A stretch of 64,000 nt of DNA from the human T2T-CHM13v2.0 reference genome, Homo sapiens: the NCBI RefSeq assembly GCF_009914755.1, contig NC_060925.1, one strand, 5' to 3'. Made by a program: the position numbers and the translations under genes. This document shows positions 37,260 through 50,279 of the stretch, one piece after another. Below the pieces are notes generated by a model that saw nothing but the letters and a program-made list of their open reading frames with translations, had not been told where the DNA came from and did not search any database. Positions within the stretch are counted from its first letter, which is position 1, and each line of letters starts with the position of its first letter.

Positions 37260-37480
37260 ATTTTCATACACTGTCATTCCTTTCTTCTGTTCTAGCTTCA
37301 CTTGTTGACTCTTCTCACCCTATTAAAATCCTCCTCTTTTCAGGACACCATCAAGAGTCACCTCCTCAGTGAAGCCTTCCATGGTTTCATACCACCCATC
37401 CCTATCGGAATGAATGTATCCTTGTTCTCCGTTATCCCAGTATTTTGCCTGGGCTTCTGTCACACTACTTTCAATGTCTA
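37260..37480 (+). mobile_element. L2 fragment
   Basis: caagagtcacctcctcagtgaagccttcc. Confidence 0.65.
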
Positions 37481-37819
37481 TACCTCAGTTATCGAATCGA
37501 AAAACAAGAGTCATCAGTCTCTAAGGTCCTTGCAAGCTTCAAAACTTTATATTTTTGTCAATTACAACTGAATAAAGCTGAACAACTTATTATTTATGGA
37601 TACTTGCTCAAGCACCATATAACTCTTTCAGATATTTTAAAAGAATATGTTTGCAAAAGACTCCAAATCAATGTATTAAATTGAAATCCAGTATCAAAAC
37701 ACCCATTAAAGTGCTCTTTTGAAATTGTACATTTTATATCAATAAAATTTCAAAATATAAAAACCTCTATTTTACTTGTTGAATTCTTAGGAATAATAAC
37801 TAAACAGTTTTAAAATATT

Positions 37820-38520
37820 AGTAGAAAGATGGTGTCTTTGAAATAAGAAGAATGGAGTTGGAGCATAAGTTGCTTCTAGTTGAATGACCTGGGCATGATT
37901 TATCATGTCTTTGCACCTCAGTTTCCCTATCTGTAAAATGGCAGTAATGCTGACTTTACTTCACTAAGCTGTTGAGTAGATTAAATTAGACTGTGCACAT
38001 GAAAGCAGTTTATAAATAACAAAATACAGTGTTTGTATTAGTTAGAGTAATCAAAAGCCCCAAGTGAGTCTCTCCCTATCCTAGGGAACACTGCCACTAC
38101 TGCTGGGTTAGACATCTCAGATTCTCAGAATCAGGCACAACAATATTCACTGTTTCTCTGTCTGTAGAATAATGATCTTTCAATAAAAATCTCCAGAGAC
38201 TTTCTAACAGTCATAATAACTTTAGTAACTCTTCAGTGGGTACCTACCTTCTGCTAAACATTTCCTAGGCATTTGCCACATAAACAGAAGGAAAGAATTA
38301 GCCAGGCATAGGGTCAAGTCCCAGATTTGCAAATAAATATTTATGTGATCTTGAGAGAATTGCTTCACTTTTTGAATCTTTGCTTCCTTATCTATAAATC
38401 AGATATGACAGTACCTATTATAAAGGATTATTTTGAAAATTAAAATGTGAAAACCCACTTAAACTATGCAGACACAATACGTGACATAGCAGGCACTCAA
38501 CAAATATCAGCCCCTTTCTC
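37820..38520 (+). mobile_element. Two MIR SINEs (about 37820-38040, 38300-38520)
   Basis: cctcagtttccctatctgtaaaatggc; gcttccttatctataaa...acatagcaggcactcaacaaat. Confidence 0.75.
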
Positions 38521-41299
38521 TTTGAGCACCAAGATTCTAGAATTCCACAGTATAAAGCATTCGTATAAATAGATGTGTGGGGGATGATGGGTGGCTTCTA
38601 GCAGGGTGATGTCAGGGAAAGATTTAACCAGAATCTCCATTGCAATATCACATTGGGCCCCTGCATGTGTCTTTCACCCACTGTGCTCATCACCACAATA
38701 TTTTACAGTGAACATTTAATTTGTTCTATAAAAGGAAAGATTATTCTCAATGATGCATGTGATAAATATGCTGGCTTTAAACCTTTTAGAAATATTAAAG
38801 GTTTTACAGCTCAATGTTTGACAGGCTTGATTAATCCCTTCCCCACAGAAATATTCAGGAAGATAGCTGTGGTTGGGTTTTAAAGCTCCAAGAGCGTTCT
38901 TTGATAAAGGTAAAGAAAACCTAAAGAGCCTTTAAAAAGAGAGATTCTTGTGCCACACAGAATAGACAAAGAATAGGAAGACCCAGAATGCTGCACAGTA
39001 TGATAGAGAGTTGGAAGTCAGTGTGGGGGTGGGGTGAGGGGAAACAGTGCTTTAAAACCTCTCTCCTTTAGAGGAGTTTTTAAATGAAAGGCACACATCC
39101 AGCCTGTCCACAGGACATGAGTCTAAGAGTTTTCTTCTCTGCTGGATTCCAAAATGGACGATGTGGGAGGGGGCACAGGGCAGACCAATGACAGTACGAA
39201 CATCAGAGAAGAATGAAATGGAATGTACCATGGCCCCTTCTCAGAGTCCTAGACTATGGAACAGCCTCCTACGTGCTTGCTCAGTTACCAGAGCTATTTC
39301 TTGCACAGACCTCTTCAATTCCCCCACTGGATTTTGAGCTCCTCTAAGGAAAAGGAAATATGTTTTGGCTAATTTTTCCCCTCAGCATCTAGCCTAGCTT
39401 TTGTACATAATAGGTGCCTCATAGGTGTTAAGCAGATAGAGTTGGCCTTTAATAAACCCTCTACAAAATTGTCTAATAACATAAGTAGTGAAAACACTCC
39501 TACTTAAGAATGATGCTTACAAAATTACTAACAGATTCTACCTCCCTTCACCCCATGAAACAAAAGGAAACAGAGACAAAACCATAGAGACTTACTAATA
39601 AAACCTCACTCAGCAAACACCTATTGAGCACTATTACCAACCTAGGTGAGCTGGACATGGTTTCCAGCCTCCTTGCCTGGTGAAAGAAACCTGTCAGCAC
39701 TGTGGTAGCTACTATAATGGAAGCATATTTAGAAAACCATGTAAGACAAAGAAAGGTACACCGAACCCAGTTTTTTTGTCCATGGGAGATGCTAGAAAAA
39801 GCTTTGAGAATGAATGCCAGACACTGAAGCCGAATGTTCAAGGACAATGCAAAGAGAGATTAAGGAAGGATGTACACTATATCATGCATACAGTTTTGAT
39901 CTGTGAACTTCCATTGCAACTCCAAATAAAACGCTTGCTCTGTTAATCAACCTCCCTCACAGAATCTCAGAGTGTCAGCCCACTCTGCTCTGAGGTTTTC
40001 TTTGATATCCAGGTCAATCTCTAATACCAACCCCTCTTCTATTTTTATGGAAGCATTTCCCAACAAGAACCGCCAACACATTTGCCACAAGATATTATGG
40101 GGCAAAGGTGTAATTCAATTACGTGACTTAATCAATTCAAATGGCTAATGTACAAGAATCTCAGGATGTCATCCAGCTTTCAACTGAGGGTGAATAATTG
40201 TTCCATAATTTCTTAATTCTCCCACAAGACAGTTTAAATTAAAGGATGTCAATTTGCAAAGCCAGACTGCATTGTATTCTTAAATTGGGCCTGAAATAGC
40301 CACACGATGAAGGGTAATAAGGCAGAGAGCACAACCCAGAGTGCCTGGTGCTGTGCAAAATTGTTTAATACGGTCAGACCCTTTAATCTTCATATCTATT
40401 GATGCAGAAAGCAGCATATTTCTGTCACTTATGATAAGAAACATTACTTTTTAAATTCCTTGGTGAGGCCTGCAGATCTTAGGCAGCCAAGATAGCAGGA
40501 CTCTCTATTTCTGTTTCTGTGAACATTTCTTTTTTCCCTTAAATTGGTTTTATTCTAATCCATTTAGTCTCCAATCTAAGTCAGAGACAAGTAACCCTGA
40601 ATGGAACCACACAGGAGGGGGACAAAGGCATGCGCCTTTCAGTTCTTAGATTCCGCTGGCTACCGCCTCATTGAATAAGTCAGTGATTAAACAAATAATG
40701 AACCTTGGGTTATTAACTACAGAGAGGCAGTTCCAGAAAGGAAGAGTATTGGAGCCGCTTTTGAAAGAAACAAAATCATGCTCAAAAGTGGAGGAGAAGG
40801 TATTGGGAGGGGATGATTGGAACTGTTTTCATGAAGTAGCCAAGCATTTTACTCACCAGTGTCCTAGAAAACAGTTCAGTCAATGTGTCCAGGCTGGGTG
40901 GGGACGATCCTGGCAAAAGGGGGGTGCCCAGGGTCTGGACTGAAGAAGCTGGATGATGTCTTCCCAAGATTGCCGGGGCCACGAGTCAGGAATCGTCATG
41001 GAGAGAAGCCAAGGAAATAGCTGCAATGAAAAAACGATGTCAATTTTGAAGGCAAACCAAAAGAGAAAGAGGATAAAGTACAATGGTCATCACAATGGGG
41101 TTTGAAGTGAATGGTTCAGGGTGAAGTGTATGATTTGAAAGTGTGCATGGTACATGTAGGGTAGGTGGTCATGGGGCACAGAGAGCCACATGACGTGTGC
41201 TGAGCTAAACAAAAGGGAACTTGTGAGGGTCTCTGTGCCTAGCACTGTGCTAGGCTATGGGAAGGACATGAATAAAAGCAAACATGCTCATTCATCTTT

Positions 41300-41539
41300 A
41301 TTTTAAAATGTTGGACTAGGTTAAACATACACAGGCTAAAATTCAAAAGGTACAAATTGTATATTTTTCACTTGGATGAATCTATCTGTAGGATAAATAC
41401 CTTAAAGCAGAATTATTGGATAAAGAAAATGTATATTTTAAATTTTGATAGATATTGTCAAATAACCATTCACAAAGTTTGTACAATTTTACATGCTCTT
41501 CAGAAAATGTATAAAGGAATGCCTTTTCCATATCCTCAT
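41300..41539 (-). mobile_element. Old L1M fragment
   Basis: tatctgtaggataaataccttaaagcagaattattgg...ttttaaattttgatagatattgtcaaat. Confidence 0.7.
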
Positions 41540-41967
41540 TGCTATAGTTCGGATGTTTGTCCTCCAAACCTCATGTTCAAATTTGATACCCAGTGTTGGA
41601 GGTGAGGCCTAATGGCAGGTGTTTGGGTCACGTGGGTGGATCCCTCATGAAGAGCATGGTGCCATCCTCACAGTAATGAGTGAGTTCTCGCTCTGTTAGT
41701 TCCTATGAGAGCTGGTTGTTAAAAGGACCATGGCACCTCCCTCCCCTCTACCTCTTGTTTCCTCTCTAGCTGTGTGATCTTTGCACATGCTGGCTCCCTC
41801 TCCCCTTCCACCATGAAGGGAAGCAGTCAGAGGCCCTCCTCAGTAGCAGATGTTGGCACCATGCCTTCTGTATAGCCTGCAGAACTGTGAGTCAAACAAA
41901 TCTCTTATCTTTATAAATTACCCAGTCTCAGTTATTCCTTTATAGAAACACAAACAGATCAAGGACA
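41540..41967 (+). mobile_element. MSTB-like MaLR solo LTR
   Basis: tgctatagttcggatgtttgtcctccaaacctcatgtt...gcctgcagaactgtgagtc...tttataaattacccagtctcag...aaggaca. Confidence 0.9.
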
Positions 41968-42014
41968 GAGCTAATCACAGATCTTTATCTCAATAGATGT
42001 TAGATTATAAGCCA

Positions 42015-42270
42015 TAATGATGCTAATATTAAATGAATTATCATAGCATTTTAAGCATAGCTTTTAGTTTTTATATATACTAATCCATTTATTCCTAACA
42101 GCAAACCACTGATGTAGGTACTATTATAATTGTCATTAAAAAGATAAAGAAACAGAAGTATAGAGAATGTAGAAAAGTTGCTTGTGACCACAGCTATGAA
42201 GGGCAGAGCCAGGATTCTAGCCCCGGCACCCTGCAGTCCCTCGAAGTCCATATTCTTAACTGTTAGCTCT
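42015..42270 (-). mobile_element. MIR SINE
   Basis: gtaggtactattata...agataaagaaacagaag...ggcagagccaggattctagccc. Confidence 0.8.
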
Positions 42271-42569
42271 CATTTCAGGCAGTGGCTTATTATTGATGGT
42301 ATATGTTATAACAGATACACACAAATAGGAAACCTGAGGGGTGTATGTGTGTACAGGAAATCAAACAGAGAGACCAGTTCTTTCTATTTTAATGAAAGCA
42401 GACACAGGCTATTAACTGGGGAAATGTTGGGCTATAGTGATTGATAAGCAGAACTCTAAGAAGAAAACATTAACAAAATATGTTCTTACTTTTTTTCCAC
42501 CCCTTTCACTAGAAAAAGTATTCTATAAATATTGATGATGTGTTAGAAAGTCAGAGCTGCAAAATTGAA

Positions 42570-42790
42570 AGTATGGTGTGGCCAAAAGCATATGGCACTT
42601 TAAGTAACACAGGCCTGAGTTCAAGTCCAAATTTAACTACTCTTGCTGGATTACCTGAGAAATATTACATTAATTATCTGAGCCTCATTTTCTTCAAAAG
42701 AAAAAAATGAGTCTATAATCCCAGGAAAAAGTTATGATGACTAAAACCAAAATATAAACAGTACCAGTCACTCAACAAATATAATTAATT
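42570..42790 (+). mobile_element. MIR SINE
   Basis: ggcctgagttcaagtcc...tctgagcctcattttctt. Confidence 0.65.
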
Positions 42791-43021
42791 ACAAGCAATT
42801 TCTACCCTCCTGCTTAATCTTATTCTTTCTGCTTCTCTTTAAAGACCTCTGCTTTAATCAAATTAGTTTATTTACTTTTTTAAAAAACATAATGGAATTT
42901 TCCAGTCAGCTTTCATCTCTGCATTCTGCTTTCTCTTGCTGAAATAATCCATTAAGGAGTCCAGGTCTACATCAAATGCCACCAACTCCAAATTTCTAAG
43001 TAGTGTTATAGCCTACTATTC

Positions 43022-43312
43022 TTTTTTTTTTTTTTTTTTTTGAGACGAAGTCTCCCTCCATCAACCAGTGCAGAGGCATAATCTCGGCTCACTGCAACCT
43101 CCGCCTCCCGGCTTCAAGCAATTCTCCTGCCTCAGCCTCTGGAGTACCTGGGATTTTAGGTGCGTGCCAACACGCCTGGCTAATTTTTGTGTTTTTAGTA
43201 GAGACTGGGTTTCGCTATGTTGGCCAGGCTGGTCTCGAACTCCTGACCTTGTGATCCACCTGCCTCGGCCTCCCAAAGTGCTGGGTTACAGGCGTGAGCC
43301 ACTGCACCCGGC
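43022..43312 (-). mobile_element. AluS (AluSg-like)
   Basis: Antisense Alu dimer; ctgaccttgtgatcc (2-bp deletion shared by Sg/Sc/Y) with ggccaggctggtctcgaactcc. Confidence 0.9.
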
Positions 43313-43349
43313 ATATTCTGCTACTGTTAACACATTTATCATCATACCA

Positions 43350-43830
43350 CCAGCAGTTAACAAATTCTTTACCACGTACCAGGCACTGTTCTAAGCCCTT
43401 CGTATACTTCATATCTCATTTAACATTTCATATCTCATTTAACACTCTCTGTAAGTCATAGCTGCTGCTGTTATCCCCTCTTAGTGTCACGAATGGCAGT
43501 CACTATTTGCATGTCTTCTCTGCACAGCTGGACTAAGGGATCTAAAGAGCAAAGATGCCATATTACACTGAAATATTAGTGTAATATTTAAACTTGTAGA
43601 CTTTGGACTCAAAGAACCTGAGTTCTAGTCTTGGTCCTGATCCTACCAGCTGTGTGATATTTGGCAAGTTACTGAATCTCTCCAGGCACGTATTTTAATT
43701 TGTAAAAAGGAGTGCTGATAATACCTACTTCAAAGTGTCATTGTGAGGCTTGAGTTTGCAGATGTCAGAATTTGAAACAGTGGTTGGCAAATGGTAAGTT
43801 TGGAAAATGTCAGCTTTTATTACTTAAACA
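43350..43830. mobile_element. Antisense MIR (43350-43490, with 18-bp duplication 43408-43444) and sense MIR (43590-43830)
   Basis: ccaggcactgttctaag; ttcatatctcatttaaca x2; cagctgtgtgatatttggcaagttactgaatctctc. Confidence 0.75.
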
Positions 43831-43899
43831 CATGCAGAAGGTTTTCAATAGGTGTTCATCACTACTTCATTTTCTTTTTTTTATCACTACCTTACATAT

Positions 43900-44250
43900 C
43901 CGATTCCCTCTGCCTTTACTGCCTCCTCCCACCCTCACACATCATTCTACTGCCAAATTGAAGAACTCAAGGTCTGGGACTTCAAGATCAGCTCCAGTAT
44001 ATGCAAAGCCTTCTTTGGTAGTTTTCTTTCCAGGAATAGCTTCTTCCATTGCACTGTCTATTACCCTTTATACCCAGTTGTTTTGTACCACTCATCTCAT
44101 TGAGCCTATGCTGCAATTCCTCATGGCAATTCCTGCTCAGAATTGTGGGCTCCCTGAACATGGGGACTATATCTTAATCCCTAATACTTAGCACACTACT
44201 GAAATAAGCCAGGTACTCACTGTCTATTAAATGAATAAATTGATGAATTA
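43900..44250 (+). mobile_element. L2 3' fragment
   Basis: tgtgggctccctgaacatggggactatatctt...ttaaatgaataaattgatgaat. Confidence 0.6.
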
Positions 44251-45849
44251 AACATAAATACCCGAATGATAACAGAAGTCACCAATTCTTAACTCACTAC
44301 TGTATAATTTACTGAAAAGTCCTTCAATCTGCCAGTCAACGCATAGAAGAGACACTGTGCTAAAACTAAATGTTTTATAAAAATAGATGGGAGAGTTATG
44401 TAAGGAAGTAGTTGCATTCCTATCAGTCACATATTCACTCACCACACTGGCAAGCTATTGATGCTTTAGTGATAGACATTGCAAAATGATAGAATCACCA
44501 GTAATCTATAAACTCAAGACATTAACAGACTCTGTTTGCTGCTCAGATATAAGCAGAGCATTATGGAGAGAAGATAATAATTAACTCATAAGGAGAGGGG
44601 CAAGTAAACATTCTATTAAAAGGAGAAAAATCCCAAATGAATATAATCTCCTTCCATTACATTATGAGCATTAAAATTAATGGTGTTGGTTTTTCTGTGG
44701 TTTGGATAGTCATTGTATTTAACAAGCTGAAGTTAACTTCATAGGGAAAAAAATAAATTAAATGTGCGGGTGTCTCAGGAAACTTCATTTTCTGAGTGAA
44801 TAGCCAAGTTGATGCACATCACCAGAATGTCTGACAATCAGTTTTCCATACTGGTATGTTCTAAATAGGAAAAGAAACCAACTCTTCATTTAAATTATAT
44901 TGCAAAACACTTCTTGCCTGCTGAATGGCATTCAGCTGCAGTAGGTGGCTTTCACTGTAGGGCCCCGACCACGACATTGGATGATTAATGCTAATTTGAA
45001 ATGTTTTCTTTGAGGGGGGATGGGCACACTATCTTGGTTCATATAAGGCTGAGGAAATTTTATGGTGGGTGACTGACTCAAAGGCCAACAGCATATTTGC
45101 CATCAGATAAAAATGCACATTCACAAACATACCGAGACAAGTCAATTATTCCCCGATCCACCATTCCCTAGGTCCCTTTGTGTAAAGAAACCTACTTATA
45201 CTCCCCATCAGATGGATATACAGAATCACAGTAAACAAGCCCTCGATTCCACTGTTCTATATTGTATTTCCCAGGGCACCTTCCATTGTGGAAGTCATTA
45301 GTTTTGGTCTCTTTGTTCCCAATTTATCAAAACAGACATTTTGCTAGTGACTTCAGTTTTACTCCTAGACACCTAACAGTTAGAAGACACAATTTTTGGC
45401 CAATTGAAAAAAGAAACAAAATGTGCTTTGCAATCTTTTGGTGAGGGCGATTAAGAATTTGTTCTTCTCTACCTTGATGACTAATTGATAGATAAATATA
45501 AAATCAGTGCTCAAAAGCTTATTCTTTCCCCCTTTCTTACTTTAATTGTTCAAAGAAACAAACCTATCCTTGTGTTTTATCGCCAATAGAATAGACTTAA
45601 ATCAGATAGTGCACAAATGAGAAAATTAATCTGCATCAACATCTGAAAAAATATATAAATTAAATTAATATGTGCATCATATTTTACTTGTCAAATTAGT
45701 AATACTCTTTAAAAAGTAAATAATATTTAGTGTGGGCAGTGGTTCTGGGGACAGATTCTCCTACACTCACTCCTCTGTGGGTAGCCCTGTTCCTAGGTGC
45801 CCATTCACAGGGAGCATGCCCATTGCACATTGGTGTCATTGATGGCAAG

Positions 45850-46070
45850 GAGTGTGCGATGGAGAGTTGGCAGTGCCTGAGCTCAGAACGTCTGTCATGG
45901 AATCCTGCCTCTAGCACATTTTACTGTATTATCCTGGGTGAGTTTCCTTCCTTTCACGAGCTTGAGTTTCCTACTTTTCTAGGTTGTGGTGAGTATTTGA
46001 GGTAAACTAACTTGCAGCATAGTGCCTGTCGTAAAGTAGGCACTCTATAATCAAGAACTACTACTGCAGT
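45850..46070 (+). mobile_element. MIR SINE
   Basis: ggaatcctgcctctagcacatttta...agtgcctgtcgtaaagtaggcactc. Confidence 0.65.
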
Positions 46071-46589
46071 GTCCTTGAAACCTGTTTCTGCGCTTTCAGT
46101 GTTTTCCCACTATGCTGGGCATGATCATCAGTGAGTACTTGAGCTGTCGCTTATCAGTATATCTAACAGGCTAATTTATATATGCATAAATATCCAGCGT
46201 GCCATAGGACCATATTTTCTGTTATGTATGTAGAAGTCAGTGTGTTCCAATAGCTGAAAGCTAATTTCCACACAGGTCTTGACCTTTAAAATCATTGAAT
46301 ATGCTGTTCAAGTGACAGGATTCTTTCCATACCTGACACTGATTTGCAAAACTAGATATCTAAAAGGCTAAAACATATTTTTTATGAACAAGACAACAGT
46401 GTAACAAGCCTGGGAATATGTCACTAAGCCTGACTACAGCAAAGTCTTGGTGACTATCAAAGGACCAGCCTTCTGCCCCGTATGATCCCAGAACAGCTCA
46501 GGATCTTTATGCAGGGGAGCTATGGACAGGCCTCTGAGAAGAGCCCAAAGGCCCGGTGAGTATGAGGCACTCTGCACATAGATTGGAGA

Positions 46590-46752
46590 ATTGGTTCTTA
46601 GACTGGCTGTATATTGGAGTCCCCTGGGGAACTTTATATATTAATGAAGTGCTGGCTCCACCCCAACCTAGTGAATCACAGTCTATGTGGGTGAGCTTGC
46701 ACACAGGAAATTTTCTACAAGCTCCTCAGATTCGCAGATGGTAGCACAAACT
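46590..46752. mobile_element. MER5-family hAT-Charlie element
   Basis: ggttcttagactggctgtatattggagtcccctggggaact...caccccaacctagtgaatcacagtct...caagctcctcagatt. Confidence 0.6.
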
Positions 46753-47264
46753 GGGGCGGGGGGGGGGGGAGGGGGAAGAAATCACTGGAGTAGAGGAATG
46801 TTCTGATTGGCTGATGATCATTCAGAGCTGTGGGCTTTCTTCTCATAAGAAGGCTGAAAAGTGAAGAGGAAACACAGAATACAAGAAAGAAGAGATAGAA
46901 AGCAGGAAGAGTGGCAATGGAGCCCACGGTCGAGTGGGAGGAGCAAGTGGTGATTAAGACTGGGGTGAGGGGTGCTTCCTGAGAACTCTGGAGAATCTTA
47001 GAGGTTTGAGTGATTGGAGTTAGGGGACTGGAGCCATAGCAGATCTGTAGTGTGGAAACGAGAGTTTGGACAACAGCCACACACATGCACACCATCTCTC
47101 CAGTCTTTGAGGGGGTAATACCACATCTGGAGAATAAAGTGTGGATAATCAGGAACGTGCATGTGGATAAATTGAGAAAAGAGAGTCACTTCTGCCACTG
47201 GGTCTGTGACCCCAACTCTTCACCTCTAGCTAACCCATCTCTTTCATACCTCCATGCTGTCCCA

Positions 47265-47595
47265 TTTTTTTTCTTTCTTCTCTTTTTTTGCTTTGCTTTT
47301 CTTTCTTTTCTTTTCTTTTTTTTTTTTTTCTTTTGGCTGGGTCTGCCTCTGTTGCCTAGGCTGAAGTGCAGTGGCACAATCTTGGCTCACTGTAGTCTTG
47401 AACTCCCAGGCCCAAACAATCCTCTTCCATCAGCCTCTCAAGTCACTGGGATCCCCGGCATGCACTACTATGCCTGGGTAATTTTCAAATTTTTGAAGAA
47501 ACAAGGTATCCCTATGTTTCCCAGGCCAGTCCCAAACTCCTGGTCTCAAAGGATCTTCCCAAAGCTCTGGGATTACAGGCATGAGTCACCATGTC
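47265..47595 (-). mobile_element. AluJ (diverged) with T/CT-rich tail
   Basis: gttgcctaggctgaagtgcagtggcacaatcttggctcactgtagtcttgaactccc...ctgggattacaggcatgagtcaccatg. Confidence 0.85.
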
Positions 47596-47813
47596 TTTCT
47601 ATTTTCTGTTTTTTCACCTAAAAAATTATTTTCTCCATCACCATGCAAAGACCATCAAATATTACCCTGCGTAAAATCTTTCTTGATTTCTTCTGGCACA
47701 ATGGACTGTATCTCTATTCAGTTAATGAGTATTTCTCTCTGAACACACTGTGCATTTTCATAGTCACAACTCATCACATTATATTAATCTGTGGCTTAAA
47801 TATATGCCCTTGC

Positions 47814-48870
47814 CAAAGACTTCATGACTAAAACACCAAAAGCAATGGCAACAAAAGCCAAAATTGATAAATGGGATCTAATTAAACTAAAGAGCTTCTG
47901 CACAGTAAAAGAAACCATCATCAGAGTGAACAGGCAACCTACAGAATGGGAGAAAATTTTTGCAATCTACTCATCTGACAAAGGGCTAATATCCAGAATC
48001 TACAAAGAACTCAAATTTACAAGAAAAAGACAAACAACCCCACCAAAGAGTGGGTGAAGGATATGAACAGACACTTCTCAAAAGAAGACATTTATGCGGC
48101 CAACAAACATGAAAAAAAGCTCGTCATCACTGGTCATTAGATAAATGCAAATCAAACCACAATGAGATACCATCTCACGCCAGTTAGAATGGCAATCATT
48201 AATAGTCAGGAAACAACAGATGCTGGAGAGGATGTGGAGAAAATAGGAACGCTTTCACACTGTTGGTGGGAGTGTAAATTAGTTCAACCATTGTGGAAGA
48301 AAGTGTGGTGATTGCTCAAAGATCTAAAACTAGAATTACCATTTGACCCAGCAATCCCATTACTGGCTATATACCCAAAGGATTATAAATCATGCTACTA
48401 TAAAGACACATGCACACGTATGTTTATTGTGGCACTATTCACAATAGCAAAGTCTTGGAACCAACCCAAATGCCCATCAATAATAGACTGGATAAAGAAA
48501 ATGTGGCACCATGGAATACTATGAAGCCATAAAAAGGATGAGTTCATGTCCTTTGCAGGAACATGGATGAAGCTGGAGGCTATCATGCTCAACAAACACA
48601 GGAGCAGAAAACCAAACATCTCATGTTCTCACTCATAAGTGGGAGTTGAACAAAGAGAACACATGGACACAGGGAGGGGAACATCACACACCGGGGCCTG
48701 TCAGGGGGTGGGGTCTAGGGGAGGGATAGCATTAGGAGAAATATTTAATGTAGACGACGGGTTGATGGGTGCAGGAAACCACCATGGCACGTGTATACCT
48801 AGGTAACAAACGTGCACGTTCTGCACAAGTATCCCAGAACTTAAAATATAATAAAACAAAACAAAACAAA
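47814..48870 (+). mobile_element. 5'-truncated L1PA (L1PA7-like): ORF2 C-terminal remnant and 3' UTR
   Basis: Frameshifted ORF2 pieces [27 protein letters not shown] (47824-48057) and PFDPAIPLLAIYPKDYKSCYYKDTCTRMF (48312-48524); G-rich 3' UTR; TSD atatgcccttgc at 47802-47813 and 48875-48886. Confidence 0.95.
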
Positions 48871-49224
48871 ATACATATGCCCTTGCAACTGCATTCTCAA
48901 TCCTTAGCGTTTTTCTATGTTATCTTTGATCTCTGCTGCAGCACCCAGCACACAGTATAAATTCGATATTTAAAAACAAAACCAGAGCCTATAGCACTAT
49001 AGTAGACATCTATGAGGTTAGTCTGAATAGCATCCTTTTCGTAGTTTAGAGAATCGTCCCACCTAGCTCGTCCTATGGGATTCTGCAGGACCTATCAATC
49101 ACAGCGACTTTGAGTAGCAACTTTCTACACTTGAGTCTTCTATCCAAACCTTCCCAGAAGGACCTCTTCATTCACTCACCCCATGGAATTAGGCACATCT
49201 GATAGCCTTTGCTTACAATCAGAT

Positions 49225-49480
49225 GATAATGATAATAGCAATTAATGCTTTTTGAATACTTATGATGACCCAGGCACTGTTCTAAGTGCTTTTCATTTAT
49301 GAACCCATTTAATCAGCACAACCCCATGACATAGGTCACTATTAATATTATTTTCAAGCAAGGAAACTGAAGCACAGAGAAGTTAATAACTTATCCAGGT
49401 TCACTCAGCTGGTAAATAGTGGACTTTGGCTTAAACTCAGGCAAGTTGTCTCTGAAGTCTGTTCTTTTTTACCTTATTCT
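49225..49480 (-). mobile_element. MIR SINE
   Basis: ccaggcactgttctaagtgctttt...aggaaactgaagcacagagaagttaataactt. Confidence 0.85.
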
Positions 49481-49777
49481 ACTCTCAAAGATTCTCACCT
49501 GATAGTCTCTTTGTGCTTCTTCAGCTATTTTTGTTTTCTTCTATTCTAACACGTACAATACATTGCAATAGACTGTTTACTTGCTAGTCTCTCATCACTA
49601 GACAGTGAATTCCTTGAGACTGAGACCCTGTCTGGTGTCTGTGAATCCCAGGAACCCTGGACAATTCCTGACAGACAGTAGATATAAATCATGTATTTCC
49701 AAACTGTTGAAACTGCAGAAACATTCATAGAACTTAGCAACTTTTCCAACCTTCTCTGGCAACAATTATTTTATGTC

Positions 49778-49942
49778 ATTGGTTCTCCAACTTTAATTAG
49801 CATCAGAATCATCTAAATGGCTTGTTAAAACATGATTGCTGGGCCCCACCCCCCACCCCTAGAGTTTTTGCTTCAGTAAGCCTAGGGTGTCACCTGAAAA
49901 AGTGCATTTCTAGCAAGTTCCCAGGTGCTGCTGTGATGCTGT
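49778..49942. mobile_element. MER5A (hAT-Charlie), truncated
   Basis: gcatcagaatcatc...cttgttaaaaca...gctgggccccacccc...tgcatttctagcaagttcccaggtgctgctg. Confidence 0.85.
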
Positions 49943-50279
49943 TCTGAGTGAATATTGCAGAGAGATTCACAAAGGTAAACACCCTGCTTTATTTAATCCT
50001 CACAGTCATCTTTCTCAAAAGATACTAAGGTGCTCAAGAGAATATTATATTTCAGGGGCAGATATGAATAGCTCTGGGACTAAAGGGGATTTTAACCTTT
50101 CCTGTTCAGGAGCCTGAAAGAAGCATATAATACATATCACAGTCATTTACTAACAACCCAGTCAGAGGCTGGCTTTATTTTCTAGGGGAGAAAATACAGA
50201 AATCATGTAAGTTAGCAAATGACATTTAGAGCATAAGCCAAAATCAAATGGTGTATTTTTTTGTTCTAGATACTCCAGA

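Noticed and set aside
47052-47621. Longest ORF (189 aa) and other Alu-overlapping ORFs (13399-13623, 34428-34661, 43068-43394)
   Set aside because: They run through antisense Alu sequence and poly-T, giving classic Alu-derived pseudo-peptides ([19 protein letters not shown]).
47824-48524. ORFs with clear protein similarity
   Set aside because: Frameshifted L1 ORF2 C-terminal fragments of a 5'-truncated L1PA; not a host gene and not mobile.
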